64,000 nt of DNA, taken from the NCBI GenBank assembly GCA_004022145.1, contig RCNU01000003.1. One strand, given 5' to 3'. Of this stretch, positions 34,846 to 50,354 are shown piece by piece. Within the stretch, counting starts at the first letter, position 1, and the number at the start of each line of letters is the position of its first letter. This DNA is from Paecilomyces variotii (taxonomy: Eukaryota). The notes under the pieces are model-generated. The model did not search any database. It had not been told where the DNA came from and saw only the letters and a program-made list of their open reading frames with translations. The position numbers were made by a program, and so were the translations under genes.

Positions 34846-36117
34846 ATGGCCGCCTCGCAACTTGACCAGATGGTCAAGGGCGCTCCAGCTCCTCAAGCAA
34901 AGTCTCCCGTCAAAGAGCCTCCTACGCCGCTGCCTCGATCCTATCTCGAAGGTCCTTCGCAACCCCAACCCTTGGCACCGGATCCTCTGTCGACGCTCCC
35001 ATCTTCTCCGCCTCAGATCTACCTAAACCTGCTCATCCTCGAAAACTCCCTCCGCGCACAGTATCTGGCTCTCCGTGAGCGTCGACGCCAGAACACCTTT
35101 TTCCTGCTGATTCTAGGCATCTGGATCGCCTATTTCTTCTACGCACTGTTCTTCCGGCCTCGTGAAGATGGCCGCGGGGTGGGTGGATCGGTATACTGGG
35201 TGGTGGAAATGGGCGAGAAAGTCGCCCTGATGGGAGGCGTCGTAACGGGCATTCTCATCTGGGGCACAGGACAGTGGGAGCGTGGAGTTCGCTGGCCGCG
35301 GCGCTGGCTCGCCGTCGCCAACCGTGGCCTACGCAGTATCAACACGAAAATCGTGATTATTCGGGGCCCATGGTGGAAAGAGCTGCTGTCCTATTTCTCA
35401 TTTCTCTTCCCTTACACGTCCTTCTTCCCATCGCCTGCGAGCTATCATTATGTGGAGCAACATCCGTCCGAGAAGCGACGGCAGCATCACTCGTACGATA
35501 GTGAGCACGAAGCCGGCCTTGTGGAGGAAGACGTTGCGCCTGGAGGAGACTATATCAAGCTTCTCCTTCTCCCCAAATCCTTCTCTCCGGAATTCCGCGA
35601 GAACTGGGACGAATACCGCACCGATTACTGGGAAAAGGAAAACGAGCGACGCGCTCAGCTGCGGCAGAAAGTACGTGAGCGGGAGCGCCAGATCGCCAAA
35701 CAGGAACATGGTTGGCTCTGGTGGTTGCCGATCTGGAAGAGCTCGAAGAGACGGAAAGTCGCTGCAGCGACATTGAAATCATCCGACCATCATCATCATC
35801 ACCACGTGCACCGCACCAGTACCGCTAGCCTCAAACCCTCCCGGCGTAGCACGCGCTCGGATTCTAACTCGCGCACTCCATCACGGAGTACGACACCGGT
35901 CGATGGAGACGACCGTCCACCCTCTCGGTCTTCGATCACGCATTCACGACGAGGAAGCGCAACCCCATCCTTCACTGAGACAGAAACAGGACCGCAGCGA
36001 CGGAAAAAGAAGACCTCATCAGGCGTTAAAGGATTATCACCTCTCACCCAAGCTCAGAGGAGGGAGAGTTCGCCATCTGCAGCATCGATTTCTTCAAGAT
36101 CATCAGATGACTCTTGA
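34846..36117 (+). CDS. SPO7: Spo7, regulatory subunit of the Nem1-Spo7 phosphatase
   Basis: SSPPQIYLNLLILENSLRAQY, two TM segments, and FRENWDEYR..YW; intronless. Confidence 0.88.
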   Translation: MAASQLDQMVKGAPAPQAKSPVKEPPTPLPRSYLEGPSQPQPLAPDPLSTLPSSPPQIYLNLLILENSLRAQYLALRERRRQNTFFLLILGIWIAYFFYALFFRPREDGRGVGGSVYWVVEMGEKVALMGGVVTGILIWGTGQWERGVRWPRRWLAVANRGLRSINTKIVIIRGPWWKELLSYFSFLFPYTSFFPSPASYHYVEQHPSEKRRQHHSYDSEHEAGLVEEDVAPGGDYIKLLLLPKSFSPEFRENWDEYRTDYWEKENERRAQLRQKVRERERQIAKQEHGWLWWLPIWKSSKRRKVAAATLKSSDHHHHHHVHRTSTASLKPSRRSTRSDSNSRTPSRSTTPVDGDDRPPSRSSITHSRRGSATPSFTETETGPQRRKKKTSSGVKGLSPLTQAQRRESSPSAASISSRSSDDS

Positions 36118-36737
36118 TCGAAAAGCCACTGAAAAAGCAATCCATTTCATGACCTACAAGTTGATATGAAGCTCACAAGGAAAACCGACGGTGCAATCCT
36201 CCACAAAAGTCGCGAATGCTCTACAGAAAAAAAAAAAAGAAAAAAGAAAAGTTCACTTGGATTTTTTGTTTGTAGACTATAAACAACAAAGGCAACACAT
36301 CATCTGTCAAACTATCTGAACTCGAACTCTGCAGTCTCTCTACACTCAATATTCTTCTCCCCTTGTTTATTTCTATACATGCTTAGGATACGGAGTTGGG
36401 ACCGTGATTATGTCGGGACATATACGGTATACTTTATATTTCTCGCGGTATAGTCAAGGATTCAAGTGTTATGAATTGAACTCGAGTATACGCCTGTAAT
36501 TCCAAGCAGGTACTGAATACAGATATTCATTTTAACTAGCATATTGCTTCTGGCATCTAAGATACCCAGCATGTCTTCATTGATATTGATTGGTCTCAAT
36601 AGACATATCCACAGAGACGCCTGACGCCTGGTAATTCTTCTTTGAAAAATCGAACACAACATGTTTTAACATGGCAAGTGCGAAACACCCTGAATACAGG
36701 AAAGAGTTCTCATTGAATCAACCGAATGAAATATCTA

Positions 36738-39814
<3,077 letters not shown>

Positions 39815-40006
39815 GGTGCTAGCGAACTGCTGAATGAAAAGGCCAGAGAAAAAGAAACCGATTCACACCAAGTATCAGTGTTGCAGGAACCTAACACAGA
39901 AGGATGAATGAGTTGGAGACCGGTCTGCGACGGCCGTTGAGATGTTCTGGTCCTGTCCACTGCGTTGATCGAGGGATTTGGGCTAATGGGAGGATCTTTC
40001 TTGTGG

Positions 40007-40159
40007 ACGCGCTGTCCCGATCGGGTAGAATTGGATCGCGTCCAGGAAGAGAAACGCGTGTGCTCAACGCGTTGCTTGCTGACTCAGCCGGTGCCCTCCA
40101 TTGTGTTGGGAGTTGGCTAGGTAAATACGTAGTTATTATTTCCTGGAATAGAATCGCGT
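40007..40159. promoter_or_regulatory. Cluster of MCB (MluI cell-cycle box) elements upstream of MCM3
   Basis: ACGCGT at 40054 and 40067, TCGCGT at 40036 and 40154, and ACGCGC at 40007, all 190-350 bp upstream of the ATG. Confidence 0.7.
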
Positions 40160-40519
40160 TTCTTTCCAGAAGTTATGACTATCTATTAGTAGTATATCTT
40201 AATGGTCTATGAGCTGACGCTTATGTAGCTATCTGCTTGTAGATTTTAGGACCACTTCAACGCACCACTTGGCCATTCAAAAAAGAATGACGAGGGCATA
40301 TGATCAGGCTCTCGAAATACCTTACCATGTACGAGGATAGGACTTAGTCGGAAAAGTGTACTGGGTCGTTGGAGAAATATGGACCAGGGTTTATGTTTAT
40401 ATACAGCACAGAAAGGATATATCCATCATAGTTAGACCGGCACTCTAGGCTAATCGGAGATGAGATATTCAAAGACAAATAGATATGTTAGTAGAGTACA
40501 AAAAGAAGTAAGTATTATA

Positions 40520-43500
40520 TCACAGCTCTTCATTCATCCGTTCATGATTCAATGTAGCTGAAGAGTTGGCTTCTGAACCGTCAGCGGTCGTGGACTGGTC
40601 GGTGAGAGACTTCCTCTCCGCACCCTTCTCGACGGGCTGTTTGTCGCGGAGGCCACGCTCGGACCGGATCAAGGACAAAATGTCAATCCAGCGTTGTCCT
40701 TTGTCAAACTCCACTGAACCATCTTGCTGGAAAACATCAGTGTCTGAATTCCGGCGCTTGTTATGCAGGAGAGTTTCTGCCTCCATGTCCTGTTCATCTT
40801 GAACGGCAAGTGTCTCCCTTGGAGTCTCAACCGCTTCTGCATCGCTGATATGAATCGACTGCGCCTCATTATGATCCGCCTCCGAGTCTTCTTCAAATGA
40901 ATCGCTCGCGTGGCCGTTCTCAGAAGGCTGCTGTGATGCAAATGCAGAAGGATCTCCCTTCTCAATCACTGCCTCGTCATCCAGTGTCTCAAGATCACCT
41001 GATTCCGTAACAATTCGGGACTGGCCTTCGACGCCGAGAACACCACCAGTCCACACAAAATACTCATATGGTTCCATAGTAGCCGTCTTGTCACCACGCT
41101 CTTCGCGGCGACGGAGAAGAACACCCTGAAATTTGTCTCGAAGATAGGGCATATCAGCAATCGCCTGGATAGTCTGTGGAGCGGCCGTATATAATGCCCT
41201 CAATTCGGCGCCACCGTCAACGATGCTCCTTTCGCGGAAGTCAAGTAAGGCGGAACTGAGATAGATCATAGTGATGTACGTAGGCTGCATGAAATCGGGT
41301 TGCACTTTGCTCCAGATTTTGCGCCCGGCTTTACCCAGATATCCGCGAAGGTGCCCCCTTCGAGGATCTTCCACTTCATCGATTGTCGCAGGCACTCCTT
41401 CTGGTCTGACGCCAAATCCTTTACGAAGAGCCCTCCACCCAGGGAAATTAGGCATAAACTTCTCTTCGAAAATGGTGAACGCCTTAAACTGGTCAGAGCT
41501 TCTCTCGGAAGTGGTAAGCATCTGCACATAGGTAGACCAGTTGTGGGTCGTTAAGGAAAACCCGGCGCTCTCGATATCCGCGATGACGTCCGAGATTTTC
41601 CGTGTCTGGTTTCGATAAGCCAAGGATCTCATATATAGAGACAGGCATCTTGACAGTATGAAGCGGCGTGACTGCAGTATAGGTGTTGCCGCATCAGTTT
41701 CATCCATTAGTCTGGTTGGAGAATCCAGAACCAGTGTCCCTTGACTCTGAACGGAGCCAGGCAATGAAGGTTGAGGGGGCTGCTGAGGCGCTTCTATTGT
41801 TGGCCTCGTCTTCGGAATCCATGATTCAACGGCCGGGCGCTTAGATATTTCCAGAGCTCGTTCCGAGGCCATCTTCCAACAGTCCTCAACCTTGCTATAT
41901 TGCCCGGCCTTCAAGTGCGCGAACATCAAAGAAGAAAGTAGACGAAGTGGAGGGGCTTGGTCGGCTTGGCCTTGAGTGAGAGCGGGCACGACCGTGTTGT
42001 ATTCGTCGAACAATTCCTTTACCCTATCCATGGCTCCTGCCGCACCGTATGCCGTGATGATATATTCATAGTACATGGAAGGGAATGCTTCTTTGATAGA
42101 TAGCCTAGTCGACCCGTGCTGCGGATGCTTTGAGACCAAACTGTTCATGTCGTATTCGGCAATGGTCTCTGCCAGAAAAGCCTCGGATTTCGCTAGACGT
42201 GGCTTCGTACCATCTTTTGATCCACGACCTTCCCTGATCAATTGCAAGTCACGTTCGATGACACTCTTGAAAGCTAGAAGCCGCGAACTAACCCCAGGCT
42301 TCTCAAAACGTTCAAGGATCTCACGATAGATGACATATACCATGTCACGGTTCCTGGCTTTCACATATCCAAATAGGACTATGGCGTAGTGAAATTCAAT
42401 GGCGTGCATGCGGTGACTCTGATGAAGAGTCCTCAAAAGACGTCGAGCAGAGTCAGGCCTTCCGATGACTACTAGGCTCAGCATAAGAGCTGCGTAGGTC
42501 ATACCATCAGGCTGAATACCAGCTGCTTGCATGCGAGACTGGATTCTTGACATGGATATCAGGTCGGCTCTACACGCGTAACTCCATAAGAGCATGTTCC
42601 ACATCCGAACCCGTGACCCCGTAACATTCAGATCCAGACAAGCCTCTGCCACAGTTTCTGCATCTTCTAATTTCTGGTTATTGCAGCAAGCCTCGACTAT
42701 CGTGTCGATGAGAGGGGTCGTAATTTTCACTTGTCGCTCCTTAGCAACTGTAAACAGGTGGAGAACACCGTCCAGATCACCCTTATTCGCGCAGAGTCCC
42801 ATCAATGTCCCAAAGCTGTGAGAATCTGGTTCAACACCGCTTTCCAGCATACGCTCAAATGTGCGGAAAGCACCGGCAATATCCCACGCATTTGCAAAGG
42901 CCGTAAGGACGATATTCCAGCACACGGTGTTGGGCTGCATGTCGAACTCCTCGGATATTCTTCTAAATTCGCGCAGTGTACTGTCCACCCTCCCGGATTT
43001 GGCGTGTACATAGAGCAGTGGGGTCAGAAGGAATCGGCTTCGGGGGTTTCCGTGATCTTTTAACAGTCGTTCGAAGACCTCGTAAACGTGTTCAACGTCG
43101 CTAACTCTAGCGAAAGCCAATAGTGCCTGTCTGTAGGCCTCAATGTCGGGTTTCCCATAGAGGGCCGCGTATTCGTCAAGCAAATAGAGAACGCTCTGCG
43201 AAACTTCAAAGGAAGCCAGTATTCTTAGCATCTTTCTTAGGAGTTTCTGAGGAGGTTTTTGATCAGGGATCAGGAAGCGGAAATTCCTATAGACAACCAC
43301 TGATTTCACGGCCGTCGACCGGACCTCAGCCAAGAGTAGAGTCTCTATAGCATCAAAGTAGTGAGTGGGTTTGAGGAGGTCTAACTGCTTGAAAACCCGG
43401 TTCAGTTGCAACGTCGTCTCTATGGCCATGTTTCGCATCATATCGGGCGACTTGAAGAGAAAAGTGAGTAGGAACTGAGCTAATGATGCGGCTTCGCCGT

Positions 43501-44455
43501 TCTCATTACCATCCCCTTTCTCTTTAAGATATTCAGCATACGCCAAAACCAAACGCGGAAGCTCTGGCGAGAAGTGAAGCTCGGACAGCGCAGCATGTGA
43601 CGGGTTATGTTCTAATTCATGAGGCCGAAATCCCCATAAAGCCAGCGCCTCTTCCCACCTCCTTGTCTCGACGAAGAAGGTAAACGCGATGGTCCATGAC
43701 TGAGTTCCAATTCCCCTTGACATTGCTTCCTTGCATATGTTTCTTACATCCGTATGATCCCCAGAGCGCAACAGCGACTTGATCATGTGCGTGTAGGCCT
43801 CGGGAGGACGGTCGTTCAGCGGGATCCTGTCGAATAGTCGTCTCATACGTCTTCGATCGACTCTCCTTTCTGAATTGCTCAGGTATAGCAGAAGATTTGA
43901 AAGTAATTCCGGTCCTTGTCCCGAGTTTGCATAGAGCCTCCATGCCTTGTCATAGTCTGGAAGGGAGTTGGCACCTAGGACCTTCAGCAATTCCGCTGTC
44001 TGCTTTTCCTTGTCATCTTGGCTCTGGGGAACAGCGACTTCCGCGTTTGAGAAGGGCTTTGGGATATCTTCGAGAAGGTGAATGGCCTCGGAAGTGTAAG
44101 GTCGTACCACGTTTGGTATCAACTGTCTCCTCTTCCGCACCGCAACTCGTCTTCCCGGACGTACCAGCCAGGAGGCTGCAAAGTCTCGCGTCCGTGGAGG
44201 GTACAAAAAATCCAAAAAGGGACTATTCGCATCCTCGGAAGCAGAGCTCGGTCGTTGGGCAGACCTCAAGACGCGAGGCGAACGTCCTCCCGAACCCTGG
44301 ATAGGGGTCAAGGACCATAATGAATAGTCTGGCTCCGTAGTTTTATAATTCCAGAAGCGCGGGTGCAGCGATTTTCGACTGCGAATTGGCCCACTGGAGT
44401 CCCGGAGGAGACGCTGCCCTGCGTTCTCGAGACATCCGGAAGCCCGCTCGAGCAT
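40520..44455 (-). CDS. cya5: Mitochondrial PPR protein, COX1 translation factor Cya-5/Pet309-like
   Basis: ~1310-aa intronless ORF. N-terminus MLERASGCLE and FLDFLYP; tandem PPR motifs (PNTVCWNIVLTAFA, PDSHSFGTLMGLCA, PDGMTYAALM). Confidence 0.85.
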   Translation of the reverse strand: MLERASGCLENAGQRLLRDSSGPIRSRKSLHPRFWNYKTTEPDYSLWSLTPIQGSGGRSPRVLRSAQRPSSASEDANSPFLDFLYPPRTRDFAASWLVRPGRRVAVRKRRQLIPNVVRPYTSEAIHLLEDIPKPFSNAEVAVPQSQDDKEKQTAELLKVLGANSLPDYDKAWRLYANSGQGPELLSNLLLYLSNSERRVDRRRMRRLFDRIPLNDRPPEAYTHMIKSLLRSGDHTDVRNICKEAMSRGIGTQSWTIAFTFFVETRRWEEALALWGFRPHELEHNPSHAALSELHFSPELPRLVLAYAEYLKEKGDGNENGEAASLAQFLLTFLFKSPDMMRNMAIETTLQLNRVFKQLDLLKPTHYFDAIETLLLAEVRSTAVKSVVVYRNFRFLIPDQKPPQKLLRKMLRILASFEVSQSVLYLLDEYAALYGKPDIEAYRQALLAFARVSDVEHVYEVFERLLKDHGNPRSRFLLTPLLYVHAKSGRVDSTLREFRRISEEFDMQPNTVCWNIVLTAFANAWDIAGAFRTFERMLESGVEPDSHSFGTLMGLCANKGDLDGVLHLFTVAKERQVKITTPLIDTIVEACCNNQKLEDAETVAEACLDLNVTGSRVRMWNMLLWSYACRADLISMSRIQSRMQAAGIQPDGMTYAALMLSLVVIGRPDSARRLLRTLHQSHRMHAIEFHYAIVLFGYVKARNRDMVYVIYREILERFEKPGVSSRLLAFKSVIERDLQLIREGRGSKDGTKPRLAKSEAFLAETIAEYDMNSLVSKHPQHGSTRLSIKEAFPSMYYEYIITAYGAAGAMDRVKELFDEYNTVVPALTQGQADQAPPLRLLSSLMFAHLKAGQYSKVEDCWKMASERALEISKRPAVESWIPKTRPTIEAPQQPPQPSLPGSVQSQGTLVLDSPTRLMDETDAATPILQSRRFILSRCLSLYMRSLAYRNQTRKISDVIADIESAGFSLTTHNWSTYVQMLTTSERSSDQFKAFTIFEEKFMPNFPGWRALRKGFGVRPEGVPATIDEVEDPRRGHLRGYLGKAGRKIWSKVQPDFMQPTYITMIYLSSALLDFRERSIVDGGAELRALYTAAPQTIQAIADMPYLRDKFQGVLLRRREERGDKTATMEPYEYFVWTGGVLGVEGQSRIVTESGDLETLDDEAVIEKGDPSAFASQQPSENGHASDSFEEDSEADHNEAQSIHISDAEAVETPRETLAVQDEQDMEAETLLHNKRRNSDTDVFQQDGSVEFDKGQRWIDILSLIRSERGLRDKQPVEKGAERKSLTDQSTTADGSEANSSATLNHERMNEEL

Positions 44456-44970
44456 CACCCTCAATTGCTTGCAGCTTCAAAGCGGGATCACCGAGATTGA
44501 GAAACGGCGCACAACATATCGTGTTCTAAACTCTAGTATGGTGGCCTCAATGTCAGCGGTGGTCGTGGGCGGTATTCCGTTGAGACCAGTCGGGTGGTAC
44601 GGACACCAGAAAATGCCAACAGGCCCACTTCGAGATCTGTTGGGCTTGCGAGATAGAGGTAGAGGGAAAAAACAGTATGGGGCAGGTAACTGTCAGCAGA
44701 AGACTCAGCTAGACAGCTTTGTCTCACGCCGGTGATGCTGCTGTTGGTAGCTCTGAGATGTTTTCCGGCGACAGTAAGCTCGCGGAAGAAGTTCCACCAA
44801 AAGATCCTGCGGAAGTGATGGACTGGTCGGCTAATTAGTTTGCCCGAGAACTGACCACCACGCCAGAGGGACAACACTGCACCACAGGCCGGGACAGACA
44901 TCAGATCCCGTTTTCAAGTCCCCAGGCCACTTCAGCTCCAAGGAGGCTTCATCCTCGAATTATAGGAGCC

Positions 44971-46918
44971 ATGGAGATTACCGATTTCATATATTCGCGG
45001 CGACAACAGGCGTTTTTGGTTGGGGATTACAACACTTACCGTGCGCAAACCACCCGCCGACTGCACACCGTCCGCAAGAAGCTTGCGCAGACCACACCCA
45101 AAGGCCGCAAGTACACAGCCAAGCCTCCAGTGACAGCTGAAGATGTCGCCAGTAACGTAGCGTATGTACTTGTGATGTGCCATTCGAACGTGCAAAGTGC
45201 TAATTTCCCTGCGCAGTTATGTTCATCTTCTGCTGCTCAGTTCGGAGCGGGCATGGGCCAATGCGATGTATATGAAGTCAGTTCATTCGGCAGATCCCTC
45301 AGCGAAAGGAATTGCCGGTGCCACGAGACGCCACATCATTACGCGCCTACACAAGGCGAGCGGCTATGCCTCCCAGCTTGTGACTCTGCTTCAAGACCAT
45401 CCAGCTTCTCACGCGAGCGACATCGACCTGCTCGAGGCACGTGCATACCTGGCATCGATCTCAGGCGCACTGTGGTTCGAAAAGCAGAGATGGGAAGAGA
45501 GCATTCAAAACTTCTCTGTTGCCCGAGTTATCTACACACTGCTGAGCCAAAAGGACAAGAAGGATGCTTATCGGGAACTGCTCTCCGGCACCATTGACCC
45601 GAGTATCCGCTACGCAGCGTATCAGCTCAAGCTACCTCGTTCCAAGGCCGTTCCATCTCTAGCCATCCAGTTCTTTCCCTCCAGTGGAGATGCTCGCGCT
45701 GAGGTTGAGAAGATCGACCCAGCTTGCCTCAGCGAAGAGGGAGTGGGCGCGAAACGAACTACTGACGGAGAGATCCAAAAGCTGCCTGAGAGCATCACCT
45801 GGCGCAACCGGACCGTTCCAATTGAAGACGCATCTATATCACAAGCTCTAGCAGCTACATCTGAGGCTGAGTCCCGTCTGTCTGCCTGGCTTACAGGTGC
45901 CGGAAAGTCTGCTCTTCCTAGAGACAAAGCTGCCGCCTACGACAGCGTAATCAGTGCGAGTCAGGATACAGTGGACGCTACAAAGGCTGCAATTGATGAA
46001 CTTGCCGGGGAGGGGGTGGAACTAGGCGACAAGAGAATGCAAGCTCTGCAGATTACTCGGACGGCCGTCAATTACGCTCTCATCGGGTGGAGAGTCGGGC
46101 GCAACCGTGTCCTATGCGGCGACCAAGACGGCCTGCACTTTGATTCTGAGCAGACCAAGACCACCAAAAGAGGCAAGGGTGGCGTGAAGAGGGAGGAGCG
46201 GACTGGGAAGAAGCTGTCCAAGCTGCGAGAGAAGGTGGCTCTGTACGACTCGACTCTCCAGAACTTGGATATTGTCCAGGAACTGCCCGGTGTCGCGGGT
46301 GACGCTGATTTCGTTCGTGAGCTGGAGGGCAAGCGGTCCTATTTCCGGGCTTTAAGGTATGATATCCCGTGCTTATATGAGTCCTTGCCAGTTACACTAA
46401 CTTGAAGCTATAGATGCCTTGCCATTGGACGCTCTCACAGTATTTTGGAGAGACCAAAGAATGCTCTCGCACTATTTGCGCGGGCTCTTGACTTGGCTTC
46501 CACTTCACTGTCAGCACAACAGGCCGCTCCTGAGGTTGACGGACCACCGCGGCTTGACATTTCCTCTCCGCAAATCCAAGCAGTGGGGTCTGTCCTTCGG
46601 GGTCTGGTGGCACAATACCGCGGCTTGGTGACGCTAGAGAGGCTGTCCGGATCAGAAACAGCCGGATCAGGTGCTTATTCGTCTGTCCTCGACTCCATGA
46701 ACGAGTACACCGCCGACACGCTCGACCTGAACAACATCGTGCCTTATCCGCCCAAGATGCAGCCCATTCCGGTCAAACCTCTCTTCCTTGATGTCGCATT
46801 CAACTATATCGATTACCCTCGCGAGGGAGCGGCTGCGTCACGACAGGCTGTCGCAGAGACAGCTGCACCGGAAGAAAAGAAAGAAGGACGACGTGGATGG
46901 TTTCCCTTTGGCCGGTAA
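44971..46918 (+). CDS. SRP68: Signal recognition particle subunit SRP68, 3 exons
   Basis: GDYNTYRAQTTRRL, LLSSERAWANAM, IDPSIRYAAYQ and PIPVKPLFLDVAFNYIDYP, ending in a C-terminal GWF. Confidence 0.93.
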
Positions 46919-47731
46919 TCACAGTAGCCCTGTTACGCTGTCTACTTCTCACCATGTAGTTGTTGCATCATGAAGGAGATAATGAGACGGTATGGTCGAG
47001 GTTTGCGTCTGTTATGATAACTAGATGAAAAAATATGCTTCGATATCCCAATGAGTTGTATCCCCAGTTGTCCTTTGCCCAGATCAGCGCCTAGTTATTA
47101 TTATTAGTTATAGAGTATACCAGACTCGTCGATGATCATAACTTGTCCCTCCACGTGCCGCCCGGAGCGGATTGTGGCGGCCTCAGGCAGTTCTTGGCAC
47201 CCACAATAATAACCCTAGATAGATAAGAGTATTTACTCTGCTTCTCCTCCTTCCAGCCGCCTCGGATGTTGGTTCTCCTGTCTTTTATCCTCCGTCCAAG
47301 CCTCAGATTCACATCCCACCCGCATTGCCAGACAGTGCAACCGGATCCGTGACATCCGAAGATCTCTGGTGATACAGTCCGCCAGGCACAACGCGTGGAT
47401 TACTCTAGCGTCCAGCCCCCACGGCTTAGGCGGGATCATCCAAGCGCCTCCCTGTTTGGTCCGGTGGATTCCCGGGGCTTTTCATTTCCACGACGGGTCC
47501 CTCCTTTTTCGCTACTTGCGCTGCTGTCTTAATATTTCTTACTTATTTCATATTTCTTCTCTCCCGCCCATTCGTCTCTCGCTCTGTCATTGCCTGTGAT
47601 TCTTCAGGTCTTTATCTGCCAGCGTCCATCGCCGGGTTACTCTGAGCCCTGAACCTGGACCTTGGCGTACCCCTTGCCGGTCCCGAGAACCTCCTCCTGG
47701 ACGGACACCATTGATCAACAATCCATTCATC

Positions 47732-49565
47732 ATGGCTCAAGTCAACGGGAGCTTTGCCTCCCCGTCCGCGGATGCGACCATCACGGCGCAGCTGGCTGAT
47801 CCGTCGACTCTGTTGAAGACCATCTACAATGGCTTCACGGGCTGGACGGCTATCCTGGCCTTGATTATCGCCGCTGTCGCATATGATCAGAGTACGTAAC
47901 GCTCCTGATACGATGTCTGCGCATCCGCAGCTGTGCAGCAGTAGGATGCGCAGAATATCACTGCCATTGAGTTGACTGAGTCTGTTCCGGGAGCTAATGC
48001 ACGTTCATCACTATAGTCAAGTACATCTGGCTCAAGGGTTCCATCGTTGGACCGGCCATGAAGATCCCCTTTATGGGCCCATTCCTTCAGTCTGTCTGTC
48101 CCAAGTTCCATGAGTACAAGGCGAAATGGGACAGCGGAGAGCTCAGCTGTGTTTCCGTCTTCCACAAGTAAGTAGACGCGACGCCTCGACATTTCTCATA
48201 TATCCGACCTGGTCTAATAGCCAATCAGATTCGTCGTTATCGCTTCGACTCGCGACATGTCCCGGAAGGTCTTCAATTCGCCCACCTATGCGAAACCCTG
48301 CGTGGTGGATGCCGCGCACAAACTCCTAGGCGAGACCAACTGGGTCTTCCTGGATGGAAAGGCCCACGTTGAGTACCGCAAGGGACTGAACGGTCTGTTC
48401 ACTCGCCAGGCTATCTCTCTGTACCTCCCAGCAATGGAGCAGGTCTATGACAGCTATTTCAAGTCGTTCATCGAGAAGTCCAAGGGGAACAACTACGAGC
48501 CCATCCCTTGGATGGCTGACTTCCGTGAACTCATGTGCGCGCTTTCCTGCCGCACCTTTGTTGGCTACTACATGAGCGACGAGGCGATCAAGAAGATCGC
48601 GGACGACTACTACCTCATCACTGCCGCCCTCGAGTTGGTCAACTTCCCCATCATCCTGCCGTACACTAAGACCTGGTACGGCAAGAAGGCCGCTGATATG
48701 GTCATGGACGAATTCGCCAAGTGTGCGGCTAAGAGCAAGGTTCGCATGGCCAGTGGTGGTGATATCACGTGCATTATGGACGCCTGGATCAAGGCCCAGC
48801 AGGACTCTGCCAAGTATCGTGAGAAGGTCGAGAAGGGTATCGCCGTCGATGACTCTGAGAAGCCGCCCATGGTTCTGCGTGACTTCAGCGACTATGAGAT
48901 TGCTCAGACTATCTTCACTTTCCTGTTTGCGTCTCAGGATGCGACCAGCGCCGCTAGCACCTGGCTCTTCCAAGTTATGGCTGACCGCCCTGAGGTCCTT
49001 GACAAGGTCCGCGAGGAGAACCTCCGCGCCCGCGGTGGCGACCGTAACGTCAAGCTTTCTATGGATCTCATGGACAACTTGCCATACACCCGTGCTGTTG
49101 TGAAGGAGATTCTTCGCTACCGCCCTCCTGTCATCATGGTTCCCTACATGGTCAAGAAGGACTTCCCCATCACCGAGAACTACACCATCCCCAAGGGTTC
49201 GATGATTGTTCCTTCTGTGTGGCCTGCAACCCATGACCCAGAAGCCTACCCGGAGCCTGACACCTTCAACCCTGACCGTTGGATCACCGGTGACGCCGAG
49301 AAGCAGACCAAGAACTGGCTCGTGTTCGGTACTGGTCCCCACTACTGCTTGGGTCAACAGTATGCTCAGCTCAACCTTATGGCTATGATCGGCAAGGCCA
49401 GTATGCACATGGACTGGGTGCACCACCCCACTCCGCAGTCGGAGGAAATCAAAGTGTTCGCCACTATCTTCCCGCAGGTGAGTCTCCATCTGTCTTTGTC
49501 GCTAATTGCATGGAGCTAACAATATTCAGGATGATTGCCCTCTTGTCTTCCGTCCTCGCGAGTAA
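47732..49565 (+). CDS. ERG5: Cytochrome P450 CYP61, sterol C-22 desaturase
   Basis: [18 protein letters not shown]-helix [15 protein letters not shown], heme motif [10 protein letters not shown] and FATIFPQ|DDC. Three introns. Confidence 0.96.
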
Positions 49566-50354
49566 GTAGTTAATGCCGGTTACGAAATGAAACGCTGGGC
49601 AGGTCGCTTAGTGCAACGACACTTGGCATGACTGTGATTGCAACTTAAACCGAAAATCATGGGTAGAGAATGGAGCAGATGGGCCACTAGAGACATGTGC
49701 TAGCCGTCTGTCTGCTCTGCTCATCTGTCCCGGAGATAGAATTGCAACGATTTGCTTTTCTTCAAACAGCCCACGGGCTATTCCACGCCCACCCAGCGCA
49801 AGTCTGGATAGCGTGCGTTTCTTCTTTATCCATTGACACTCCGAGATACCCTCCGCTGAACGCAATGACGATCGGGAGGGCTCCGAAGCTCGAAGACCGT
49901 CAGCGAAAATGGATATCACAGCAGCACGCGTCGGACGCCGAATGCTGCTGCTGTTGATTTAGGGTTATGGACTTACGGGCGGAGTAGAACATGTATATGA
50001 CATAGACGTAATTATAATAACAGTTCCACCTTTTTTTTTTTTTTTTCTTCTGGTCATTTTCACATAATTTGGTCTTTTTGACTTGAAAAATAATAATCAA
50101 CATACAATTGGTTCCAATTTACTACTTCTAAGCCCTCTTTCTGTGCGGTCACTGCTGACATCATCCGAGGTCCGCCAGGCTTAGCTTAACTTAACTATGA
50201 TTAAGTTACTTACCGAGCGGAGAAGCAATGTGCTCGCAATCTTTCAATCTAACTCGTCTTGTCTGTCCTTTTTCTAAAGCTGACTCTGTCCCTAACCTAT
50301 CATTGTGAGTAGTCAAATTAAAATCACGCTCACATCAATTGACCAAAAGCACCA

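Noticed and set aside
36226..36250. Poly(A) tract (also poly(T) near 50030 and A-runs near 56525 and 60951) as retro-element tails
   Set aside because: Ordinary UTR or intergenic homopolymers with no adjacent element body or target-site duplication.
48326..49489. 387-aa antisense ORF inside ERG5
   Set aside because: It is the shadow of strong C-ending codon bias in a highly expressed gene, has no recognisable motifs and is confined to the large exon.
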